DNA of 64,000 nt from Octopus vulgaris (lineage: Eukaryota), in NCBI GenBank assembly GCA_951406725.2, contig OX597825.1, forward strand, positions 72,044,001 to 72,108,000. Direction: 5' to 3'. Every line of letters begins with the position of its first letter. Position 1 is the first letter of the stretch. Positions 29,400 to 42,039 of the stretch are shown one piece after another. Below the pieces are notes generated by a model. The model saw only the letters and a list, made by a program, of their open reading frames with translations. It made no database searches and had not been told where the DNA came from. Both the position numbers and the translations under genes were made by a program.

Positions 29400-32139
29400 A
29401 TTTTGGGGCGGTCACTTTTCAGTTTTTTTCGAAATGAAAATATGTACAATATATTTGTTCTTCACTCGTTTATTATTATTGTTCTTATTCTAACTCATGT
29501 CCATTGTCCGGAAATCTTTCGTAACACATCTACAAGTTTGTAATCATCCGAAATTATGAACAAAAGAATACATGTCTATTTTCACTTGAACGTATCTTTA
29601 GAATCTCATAACAACATTTTTTTTTTTAGAAATTCACGATTTTTTTTTTCAATTAAAAAAAAATCTGTGTGTATGTATGCATGCATGTACATAAGCTACC
29701 GAGTGTTAATGCCATATTAATACAAAAATCGATTTCAAATGTGGCACAAGGCCAGCAATTTTGGGTGGGTGTATAAATCGATTACATAGCTTCCATTCTT
29801 CAAGTGGTATTTATTTTATCGACTCCGAAAGAAAGAAAAGTAAAATCAACATCAGCTGAATTTCCAGAACGTGTAGACGGATGAAATACCGCTAAGCACT
29901 TTTCCCTACGGGCTGACGATTCCTCCACCAAATTTCCCAAAAGACATAAAACCTTTGAGACTGTACATTCAAATAAATTAACACTCCATCATTGGTTTGC
30001 ACACATTTTATACCTCTTCCCACGACAGTTTTGAATGTTATATACGAACTATTTCTTTATTTATGACACACTTAGCAGGGACCATCTGTATTGCAAGGGA
30101 AATAACCCTTAAAAATTGTGCTACGGAGTTACAGTCCATGAAAATTGATAGTTTTTTTTTGGTGAATTTTCAGCACCATTACTCATAGGGAAGGAAGTAA
30201 GGAATGTTTTCTTTCAACTGTTTGAAATCGAGTCTTTTATCGTTTAATGATCGTTGCTTTGCAGGTTAGTAGTGTATAATTCCTCTTATAATGATTCTGT
30301 GTTTCCTATGTATGTATGTATGTATGTATGTATGTATTTATGTATGTATGTATGTATGTATGTATGTATGTATGTATGTATGTATGTGCGTGCATGCATG
30401 CATGTATGTACGTGCGTACGTGCGTGCATGCATGCATGTATGTATGTATGTGTGTGTATGTATGTGTGTGTATGTATACGTGTGTGTGTATGCATGCATG
30501 AGTGTATGTATGTATGTATGTATGTATGTATGTATGTATGTATGTATGTATGTATGTATGTATGTATGTGTGTATGTATGTATGTATGTATGTATGTATG
30601 TATGTATGTATGTATGTATGTATGCATACATGTATGTATGTATATATGAATATATTTATGTATGTATGTATTTTTTATATGTATGTATGTGCCAGCTTTT
30701 AAGAATATTTTTATCTACCTACAAGGAGTTACTTCCCTTGATTGAAAATGCTAAACTATATCTTTCTTATATAGGTACAAAAGCGTGAAATTGCGAGGGA
30801 GGGGTTGGTTGGCTGGTTGGTGGGTTGGTCAAATACATCAGTTCCAGTGCTTAACGGGTACCTGGGTTCATCGACCCCGAAACGATGAAAGGCAAAGTCG
30901 ACCTTGGCGGAATTTGAATTTAGAACATAAATACGGATGAAATTCCATAAAGTACTTTGTAATGTACGCTACCGATTCTGCCTGCTCATCGCCGTGAAAA
31001 TAAGTTTATAATCGAACTCACGAATAGCCTAAGTAGTTCAGAAGTTCACTAAAGCATTCACAAGGGCTCGGGTTCGATTTTACTGCATGGTGTCTTATGT
31101 AAACGCCTTTTCACATAGCTCCTGGTTCACCTAAGGATTACAAACTTGTAGAGCAAGGACACATACGAAGACGGAAAGCGTCGCTGGAGAGGTCACAGAT
31201 GTGTTACAAAAGATTTCCGGACAATGGACATAAGTTAGAATAAGAACAATAATAAACGAGTGAAGAACAAGTATATAGTACGTATTTTTATTTGGAAAAA
31301 AATTTAAAGAATGATCGCCCTAAATGCAACAATATATATAGGAGTGGCTTTGTGGTATGTAGCTTGCTTACCAATCACATGGTTCTGCGTTCAGTCACAT
31401 TGCGTGACACCTTGGGCAAGTGTCTTCTACTATAGCCTCAGGTCGACCAAAGTCTTGTGTGTGGATTTGTTAGACGGAAACTGAAATATATATATAGTCG
31501 GAAACTATACGGAAATCATGAAAGTCATCGGTGATTCAAGAGGTGGGTCACACTAATTTTGCATTTTACGATAATAAAGTTTACTGCATTATCAAGGGAC
31601 GTAACTCAAACGGAATAAAATGTTCCTTTGCTCAATTTCTCAGTAGCCCATTGCCCATATGCCCCATATATAGTGGTGGTGGTGGTGGTGGTGGTGGCGG
31701 TGGTGGTGGCGGTGGTGGTGGTGGTGGCGGTGGTGGTGGTCATTGTCGTCGTCGTCGTGGATCTGCGTCGTTAGACGATGGAGATTCGGTTGTTCGGTTA
31801 ACTGAATGACCTGCCTCAGATGCGTAGACCCTTACAATTCAGAGGAAAACCCAACAGTGAACGCCAAAGTTTATATACCCTTTAAATGACAGGTACAATC
31901 CACGAGTCGGACTTCTATGCAGTTTTCGCCCACCCGATTTCACCCACAAGGTATGGGTTGCATTTGATCAAGATGCCACGGAGTGAGATTGAACGCAGGA
32001 GGAGTCTGTGACTGTGAAGAGAGCTTTGTAACCATTTGTGTGTATGTATATATGTATATATATATATATATATACACATATATGCCTATATATATATATA
32101 TATATACACATATATGCCTATATATATATATATATATAT

Positions 32140-32341
<202 letters not shown>

Positions 32342-32368
32342 GTATATGCCTATATATATATATATATA

Positions 32369-32432
<64 letters not shown>

Positions 32433-32808
32433 CACATATATGCATACATACACACACACACAGATGGGCGTTCAACATCTTTAGTACGAGTTACTTATAT
32501 TGTTTAAGAGTCTGAATTGACATCATGCAATTTAAATTTTCGTAGACATGTTAGAGAAAACCAAGCTCGTCGCACGCAAGTAAGTAGAATGGAGAGGTGC
32601 AGAGGAAGCCCGAGAAGGCTGCTAACTTGGTTGTTATTAGAAGTGGAATCGAAATTTGAATGTAACTGATGTCGCTGAAATTTCGACTCCACTTGATTTG
32701 TTAGTAATGACAACACTATACCTAGTGAAAATGTGATACACCCCAAAACATTTAAGAAACAACATGGAGAACAAAGATTAGACAACTGGAAAATGAAAAC
32801 AATGCATC

Positions 32809-32962
<154 letters not shown>

Positions 32963-33063
32963 TATATAAACTGCTAGTTTAAGAGTACATAAACACACCA
33001 GCATCGGTTGTCAAGCGATGGCGGGGTGACAAGCGCAGACACCCGCACAAATATGTACATATT

Positions 33064-34200
33064 AACTTGTTCTGTCCCTCAACTGCTTCTCGTTCGCGGG
33101 GAAGTTTTACGAACACTTCTCGGGAGTGGCCAAGGAAACGAGAATGGGTCCCAACTATGCGAATGTGTATGTTGGCTACGTTGTGTCCCAAATATTTTCA
33201 AGATTCACTGGTCGCACTCCCGAACTATACGGTCGTTATATTGATGACTGTATCGGTGCGACCTCACTCTCCCGCGAACAACTAGACTCCTTCCTCTCTT
33301 TCGTCCAATCGTATTCTCCTGCTCTATTTCCAACACTTCCCTCGCTTTTCTCGATCTTTCGGTCAACATACACAACTTTACTCTCACTACCTCCATCCAC
33401 TACAAACACACCGACTCACACTCATACCTTAACTTCTCCTCCTCCCACCGTACCCACACCAAGCTCTCAATCTCCTACTCCCAATTTCTCCATATGCACA
33501 GGCTCTGCAGTGACAACCATGACTTTGAGACACAGTCTCAACTCATGGCTCGCCACTTCATCCCCACCACTATCCACACAACCCTTGCCAGAGCACCTCC
33601 GTGAACCTTGGAACCGTGACTCTGGCCCCTATCCTACCCCAACATCCTCACCCCAAAACAACACACCATCTTCACATCCCCCACCCCCACCGCCACACCA
33701 CACTAAACACCACCACATCACACCACCCCACACCAATCCACACTCACTAGCACTGACCACTTCCGTGCACCCACGACACACACCATCACGTGCACACCCA
33801 CACACCATCATCCGCACACCTACACACCATCATCCACACACACATTACAGACACACACACACGCACACATCCACATGTCAAAGTTACAAGCCCCTATACA
33901 CACGCACACACACACACTTACGCATACACTCACGCTCGCGTACCTTCTTTTTGGAGTCACCAGTACTTTATTATCTCCCTTTCTTCCTAGCTCTCCTGTC
34001 CAACTCCCTTTTACCAACCAGTCGGCATGATTGCTAAATCCACAAGTTCTTTTTTCTCTCTCTGTTTATTCTCTCGTGTTTCTTTCTGTTGAAAACCGTA
34101 GGTTCAAAACGTAAAAGATTTTCTCACTTTCCCGAGTATCAAACTTATACACTTGCTTGTTGTTTATACACCTGTCTGCGTCTTTTTTGTAAATTTCAAA
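33064..34200 (+). mobile_element. Penelope-like element: frameshifted reverse transcriptase, internal deletion, and 3' terminal region
   Basis: LVLSLNCFSFAGKFYEHFSGVAKETRMGPNYAN...YGRYIDDC; next frame LAFLDLSV...IHYKHTDSHSYLNFSSSH...SQFL..RLCS; decayed hammerhead at 34081-34118. Confidence 0.9.
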
Positions 34201-34287
34201 TATGTGTGTACACACACACACACACACACAACACACACACACACACACACACACAGAATATATATATATATAATATATATATATAAT

Positions 34288-34373
<86 letters not shown>

Positions 34374-34690
34374 ATATATGTATGATAAATACTATTAATT
34401 AGTACTACAAACATAATTATCATAAATTATTTTGATTTATCTAAAACCTTATTGCATCTTTACCCCACCCCACCCCCACCCTGACCAAAACCTATTGGCG
34501 TATCCCACTGTTATTTTTGGTTTATTATTAATTATCCATCCTATCCTTACCGTATAAAGAGTTACTCCGCCAATTGCTATTTTTGGTTTAGTCATTTACT
34601 TACCGTCCCAAAGAGAATCGCAAGTAAAATGCTATGATTACAACGATATTCAACTTTTCCCTTCTCTTCTCTATGCCCTTCTTTATTCAT

Positions 34691-34801
34691 TCTTCATTCT
34701 GATGAAGCTCCATGTTTCAGATCTGTTTTATTACCAAATATGATAAATATCAATGACAATACCATACAACATTGGAAGCAGAAACAGCTGTTCGATGGAA
34801 T
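34691..34801 (+). ncRNA. Type I hammerhead-like motif with long stem II loop, partly decayed
   Basis: CTGATGA-agctccatgt...acattggaagca-GAAA-cagctg-TT-cgatggaat; palindromic stem III acagctgt. Confidence 0.5.
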
Positions 34802-34829
34802 ACAGTCTATTTGTATTGAATTAATAAAT

Positions 34830-35381
34830 AATCCTTTCTACTACAGGCACGACCCCAGTACGCAACTGGTACTTAATTTATCGACTCAGAAAGGATGAAA
34901 GGCAAAGTCGTCCTCGGTGGAATTTGAACTCAAAACATAGCGGCAGACGAAATACCTATTTCTTTACTACCCGCAAGGGGCTAAACACAGAGAAAACAAA
35001 CAAGGACAGACAAACGGATTGAGTCGATTATATCGACCACAGTGCGTAACTGGTACTTTATTTAATTGACCCCGAAAGGATGAAAGGTAATGTTGACCTC
35101 GGCGGAATTTGAACTCAGAACGTAGCGGCAGACGAAATACCTATTTCTTTACTATCCACAAGGAGCTAAACACAGACAGGACAAACAAGGACAAAGGACA
35201 GACAAACGGATTAAGTCGATTACATCGACCCCAGTGCGTAACTGGTACTTAATTTATCGACCCCGAAAGGATGAAAGGCAAAGTCGTCCTCGGTGGAATT
35301 TGAACTCAGAACGTAACGGCAGCCGAAATACCGCTAAGCATTTCGCCCGACGTGCTAACGATTCTGCCAGCTCGCCGCCTT
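34830..35381 (-). mobile_element. SINE-B with one head and three tandem bodies
   Basis: Same architecture as 2485-3075, reversed; junction ggcagacgaaatacctatttctttact repeated. Confidence 0.85.
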
Positions 35382-35440
35382 TCAAATAATAACTGATGTA
35401 AGTCAATCGTTGTTTATGGATATTTCTCCATTTCTATCTT

Positions 35441-35652
35441 CAGAGTGGCCCAAAACTGGGCTTACAGTTATTCAACAATCTCTTTCAAAATTCACATATT
35501 AACAGTTTAGATCTTAATTATATAAAAATATGAATCCATTATTCAATGCTAATTTAGTTAATTGTAAGATAGAAATTTAAATGAAATAAAAATGTTTTAG
35601 AAGAAATTTAAAGTGCTTACGTGATAACTGTAAACCTACTTTTGGGTCACCT

Positions 35653-35656
<4 letters not shown>
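35441..35656. mobile_element. Tc1/mariner-type MITE, copy 1
   Basis: TIRs cagagtggcccaaaactgggcttacagttat / ataactgtaaacctacttttgggtcaccttg|TA. Confidence 0.75.
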
Positions 35657-35702
<46 letters not shown>

Positions 35703-35983
35703 CACACACACACACTGAGATACATACCTACATAAATACATGCTGCTAACGATTTTACCAGCTCAGAACCTCCATGTCCAGACACTATAAATCTTCATAC
35801 GTAGCAAAATTTCAACATTAATAAATTATATACATTGAAAAAAATATACGCCCCCCCACACACACACGCACACATTTATATGTAGGAATATATATACATT
35901 AATAAATCATATACATCAATAAACACACACAAGCACACACATACATACATGTATGTTTGTATGTATGTATGTATGTATGTATG

Positions 35984-36040
<57 letters not shown>

Positions 36041-36280
36041 GTATGTATATATCTATATTCTTCTACTTGTTTCAGTTATTTGAGTGCCGCCATGCTGGAG
36101 CACTGCCTTTAAGGGTGTTAGTCAAAGAAATTGACCCCAGCCAAGTATTTACTCTATCGACTCTTCTGCCGAACAGCTAGGTTACGCGGACATAAACACA
36201 CCAACATCGGTTGTCAAGCGATGGTGGGGTAACAACCACAAATACACACACAATACAAATGTGTATGTTCTTTTATTCCC

Positions 36281-36506
36281 TTACTCTTTTATTTGTTTCA
36301 GTCACTTGACTGGGGCCATGCTGGAGCACCGCCTTTAGTCGAGAAAATCCTCTCCAGGACTTATTCTTTGTAAACCTAGTACTTATTCTATCGGTTTTCT
36401 TGCCGAACCGCTAGGTGACGGGGACGTAAACACACCAGCATCGGTTGTCAAACGATGTTGGGTGAACAAACACAGACACACCACCATATATAGATATATG
36501 TATGTG

Positions 36507-36589
<83 letters not shown>

Positions 36590-36759
36590 GTATATACGAC
36601 GGGCTTCTTTCAGTTTCCGTCTACCAAATCCACGTACAAGGCTTTGGTCGGCCCGAGGCTATAGGAGAAGACACTTGCTTAAGGTGCCACGAAGTGGGAC
36701 TGAACCGGGAATCATGTGGGTGGTAAGCGAGCTACGTACCACACAGCCACTCCTGCGCC
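36281..36759 (-). mobile_element. SINE-A full length
   Basis: Homology along the full length. Confidence 0.9.
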
Positions 36760-36859
36760 TAAGGTTAACTGAGTTAGAAGTTAAAATAACCGTCTAATAA
36801 ATAGAAGTTTCCATTACACTACCGTTATAGATATTTCTCCATTTTCTGTCTTCTTCATG

Positions 36860-37075
36860 TACAGAGTGGCCCAAAAGTAGGTTTACAGTTATTCAACAAT
36901 CTCTTTCAAAATTCATATATTAACATTTTAGGTCTTAATTATATAAAAGAAAAAATGAAATTTTTATTGAATGCTAATTTAGTTAATTATAAGATAGAAA
37001 TTTAAATGAAATAAAATGTTTAAAAAGAAATTTAAGGTGCCTACGTGATAACTGTAAACCTAGTTTTGGGTCACC

Positions 37076-37080
<5 letters not shown>
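36860..37080. mobile_element. Tc1/mariner-type MITE, copy 2 (right-end fragment also at 39075-39138)
   Basis: TA|cagagtggcccaaaagtaggtttacagttat ... ataactgtaaacctagttttgggtcaccctg|TA. Confidence 0.8.
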
Positions 37081-37130
<50 letters not shown>

Positions 37131-37132
37131 TA

Positions 37133-37338
<206 letters not shown>

Positions 37339-37587
37339 TACATACCTACCTAAATACATGCGGGCTAACGATTTTACCAGCTCACCACCTCCATACCCAG
37401 GCATTATTGCACACATATATTCATACGTACGGAAGATCAACGCATTAATAAATTATATGTATTGACAAACATAGTCACCCCCCTACACACCCATACACAA
37501 ACACGCACACATTTATACGTAGGAAGATATATAGATTAATAAATTGTATACGTCAATAAACACACACGAACACACATATCCATACAT

Positions 37588-37662
<75 letters not shown>

Positions 37663-37917
37663 CATTCTTTTACTTGTTTCAGTCAGTTGAGTGCAGCCAT
37701 GCTGGAGCACTGCCTTTAAGGGTGTTAGTCAAAGAAATTGACCCCAGCCTAGTACTTATTCTATCGTTTCTTCTGTCGAACAGCTAGGTTACGGGATCGT
37801 AAATACACGAACATCGGTTGCCAAGCGATGGTGGGCCGACAAACACGGACACGCACACAAATACAAATGTATGTATGTATGTATGTATGTATGTATGTAT
37901 GTATGTATGTATGTATG

Positions 37918-37974
<57 letters not shown>

Positions 37975-37976
37975 GC

Positions 37977-38036
<60 letters not shown>

Positions 38037-38038
38037 GC

Positions 38039-38069
<31 letters not shown>

Positions 38070-38099
38070 GAGTAAAATACGAAAAATCAACGAAAATCA

Positions 38100-38768
38100 G
38101 GAATTTTGCTCCGTCAAAGAATCACCATTCACAAAGAGCAAATCCGTCACCCACAATACAGACAGTTAAAGGTGAGTGAACACATAGAAAGATGTGCCAG
38201 GAATCTTAATCCCAATTTCCAAATATTTCCCTTTCACCAATGCTCACAGAACACCACAATGCAACAAAGGTTGAATAAAGAGCCATTTTTCATCAACAAA
38301 TTTATCCTCCAACTAAATATGAACACACAACTCACTACAGAACACCACTAACTCTTCAATTGAAACCACTAAACCCTAACACTTCCTACACCACTCCCAT
38401 CTCTAAATCCAGAACTACTTACCTCCCTTAAAATTAATCCAGAACTACTTACCTCCCTTACAAATAATCTTTTTTCTCAGGAACTATTAGACCTGACACC
38501 GTATTAACCGGTGTTGTTCAAACGATGAATAGTTTTGCGTAAACTATTGGTTCGTTTTGTTCTCTTACTTTATTATCATCTTATAATCATCTCATAATAA
38601 TGACTTTTATGACTCGTATTACTACCTCAGTCAATCTAAATGTATATATTTGTCGTTACCTGTCATAAATAGCCTTTGTCTATTTGCAATATGCATTTTC
38701 GTTGATTTTTCATATTTTACCCTGACATTTCCACGTGTATTTTATATTTTCTTTTCGTAACATATTTC

Positions 38769-38770
<2 letters not shown>
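38100..38770 (+). mobile_element. Penelope-like GIY-YIG endonuclease C-terminus plus 3' region
   Basis: [14 protein letters not shown]...VSEHIERC...QRLNKEPFFINKFILQLN; between (TA)n tracts. Confidence 0.75.
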
Positions 38771-38843
<73 letters not shown>

Positions 38844-38850
38844 CATACAT

Positions 38851-38903
<53 letters not shown>

Positions 38904-39130
38904 CACAGAGACACACAGATACATACCTACATAAATACATGCTGCTTACGATTTTACCAACTCACCACCTCCATGCCCAGACACTATAAATCTTCATACG
39001 TAGGGATATTTATACATTAATAAATTATATACCTTGAAAAATTATACGCACGGCCTCTCCCCCACACACACGTGAAAAAAATGTCTTAAAAGAAATTTGA
39101 AGTGCCTACATGTAAACCTACTTTTGGGCC

Positions 39131-39295
<165 letters not shown>

Positions 39296-39303
39296 GTATA
39301 TAT

Positions 39304-39441
39304 ATATTATATTAAATTAGAGACAAAACCAATATTAGGCAAATCAAACAATGAAAAACTTAAGCCAATACATGTATTGGCTTAAGTCTTTCATTGTTTG
39401 ATTTGCATAATAGTGGTTTTGTCTCTAATTTAATATAATAT
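39304..39441. repeat. 138-bp loopless palindrome
   Basis: 69-bp arms, 3 mismatches, centre ...ccaataca|tgtattgg... Confidence 0.95.
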
Positions 39442-39512
39442 AATATTTTACTATAAAATTGGATTCAATCCTAAATCTGATTTTTCCCTGTAAGTTTGGA
39501 TTTATTCCCTAA

Positions 39513-39624
<112 letters not shown>

Positions 39625-39693
39625 CCAATAACTTAACACCGCTGTACGCTGTCGCTACATAAGCAATGCGTCACGAGGCGAGAACGATTTAGC

Positions 39694-39743
39694 TGGGTGC
39701 TGATGAAGGGGCGAAATCTCGCGAAATATGGCATATTCACTTA
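39694..39743 (+). ncRNA. Minimal type I hammerhead ribozyme
   Basis: tgggtg-CTGATGA-aggggcgaaatctcgc-GAAA-tatggcata-TT-cactta; intact core, stem I tgggtg/cactta, weak stem II. Confidence 0.6.
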
Positions 39744-40102
39744 TTACCCATTTTTGTCTTCGATCTCATTATTTATTTTCATCTGACGTTGCGTAAAAAT
39801 CAGTGCTGGCTAAAATTTCTATGAAATATCTGTGGAAATAACCTTAAAAAAGGAAAAGTCGGCCTCGGCGGAATATGAACATACAGAATATACAGGTGGA
39901 CGAAATGCCGCTAAACAATTTGTCCAGCATGCTAACGATTCTTCCAGCTCACAGCCTCCAAACCCCCACTCAAACACGCACATATATATTTATACTTAGG
40001 AATATATATACAATAATACATTAATAAACACACACACAAATACACTCACAAAATATCAATACTTACATATATTCATACAAGCACGCACGCACCCCCCCCC
40101 CC

Positions 40103-40133
<31 letters not shown>

Positions 40134-40518
40134 TCAAAGAAAAAAACGCAATAAGAACGTAACGAACGACAATAAATACATAAGGACAGATAATCGATAT
40201 AAAAACAGAAAAGTAAAACCAGGACGGAATATATAAAATGGGGGGGGGGGGCTAATTCTCAATTTTACAACCTAAAGGGAGAATATATATACGTCACTAA
40301 AGTGACAAAGGGAGGTAATCTGCTCCAGTATGGCTAGAATTAAGAGTCAAAACAACTAGTGACGTATATATTTCTGCCTTTGGGTTGTAAAATTTACGAA
40401 TTAGCCACCTATATTATTTATAATTTTCACTTTCACCGCTTATGAAATCTGCGTATGATTTCAACGGAAATCTTATAAACTGACAAGGCGAGCTTATTTT
40501 AACCCTAGGCGGGGTGAG

Positions 40519-40579
40519 AGCCACTGATGAGCATTAAGATACGTGAACATCAAAATGTGAAATCATCGATAATCTGGCT
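40519..40579 (+). ncRNA. Type I hammerhead ribozyme
   Basis: agcca-CTGATGA-gcatt(18 nt)aatgt-GAAA-tcatcgataa-TC-tggct; perfect stem I, AUC site, near-palindromic stem III. Confidence 0.8.
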
Positions 40580-40939
40580 ATACCAGCTGTTGTAGTGGGC
40601 TTGCCTCCCTTGTCAGTCATTAGATAGTGCTTTCCGTGGCTATTGTTTTTATTCTTATTTGTAGCACTATTGGTGCTGGTTAGTGGCGTCTGTCACCTTG
40701 GTGAGGTATATAAATCAGTCAGGGCTGAAACACGAAAGAATAAAAGAATAAAAGAAGATATATATATATATATATATATATAAATATATACAATAAAAGC
40801 AATTAAGATTCAAGTCAGTTCTAAAGAATTCACTTGAATGCGGTACTTAACTTAGATGCACCAGAAAACTATATGGTGTTAACCATACAGTAATGTGGGG
40901 TGATTATAAACGAGAAAGAAGCAACAAGAATGGATTAGT

Positions 40940-41030
40940 TTTTAGTACAATTGTTTCGTACAAAGACAGGCTTTATTAAAAGTTGCAAATATTGCAGCAG
41001 ATAAAAGTGTCCCGTACTCATCAGCTAAAA
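40940..41030 (-). ncRNA. Type I hammerhead ribozyme, apparently intact
   Basis: ttttag-CTGATGA-gtacgggaca...tgtctttgtac-GAAA-caattg-TA-ctaaaa; all core bases, 6-bp stem I, long stem II, palindromic stem III, GUA site. Confidence 0.88.
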
Positions 41031-41302
41031 CACATATGAGTTCTCCAAACATCTTAGTGGGTGAGGTTACACTCATGAAGTATCGGAGATAATTTCATAA
41101 AAAGCAGATTCAGGTTGTAAACAGACTTCCAAAGTTCTTTAATGATGATGCACAGTCTTATCACAGGTTTTAAAAAAGCTTATTAGCTTCACAGAGAAGG
41201 TGACACTTTTATCTGCTGCAATATTTGCAACTTTTAATAAAGCCTGTCTTTGTATGAAACAATTGTACTAAAAACTAATCCATTCTTGTTGCTTCTTTCT
41301 CG

Positions 41303-41352
<50 letters not shown>

Positions 41353-41354
<2 letters not shown>

Positions 41355-41935
41355 TCTATTACTTGTTTCAGTCATTTGACTGTGACCATGCTGGAGCACC
41401 GCCTTTAGTCGAGCAAATCGACCCCAGGACTTATTCTTTGGAAACCTAGTACTTATTCTATCGGTCTCTTTTGCCGAACCGCCAAGGTTACGGCGACGTA
41501 AACACACCAGCATCGGCTGTCAAGCGATATATATACATATATATATATATACATATACATATATATGTGTGTGTGTATGTATTTATGCATACATATATAT
41601 GCGTATAGGCGTAGGAGTGGTGTGTGGTAACTACCTTGCTCACCAGCCACATGGTTCCGGGTTCAGTCCCACTGCGTGGCACCTTGGGCAAGTGTCTTCT
41701 ACTATAGCCTCGGGCCGACCGAAGCCTTGTGAGTGGGTTTAGTAGACGGAAACTATAAGAAGCCCGTCGTATATATGTATATATGTGTAGATGTATGTGT
41801 GTGTGTATATGTTTGTGTGTCTGTGTTTGTCCCCTCTCCCAACATCGCTTGTCAACTGATGCTGGTGTGTTTACGTCCCCGTAACATCAGAGGTTCGGCA
41901 TAAGAGACCGATAGAATAAGTATTAGGCATACAAT
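41353..41935. mobile_element. SINE-A 3' half (minus, 41353-41527) and a near-full copy (plus, 41608-41935)
   Basis: Homology to SINE-A. Confidence 0.85.
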
Positions 41936-42039
41936 TAATATACTGACGATTTTAGAAGCTCACCACCCTCATACCTACACACTAATACACACATATTCAT
42001 ACGCTGGACCATTTTTATACATTAATATTGCTTGTACGG

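Noticed and set aside
33126-34037. 303-aa ORF as an intact gene
   Set aside because: Only the first ~67 aa are Penelope RT; the rest is out-of-frame and low-complexity read-through.
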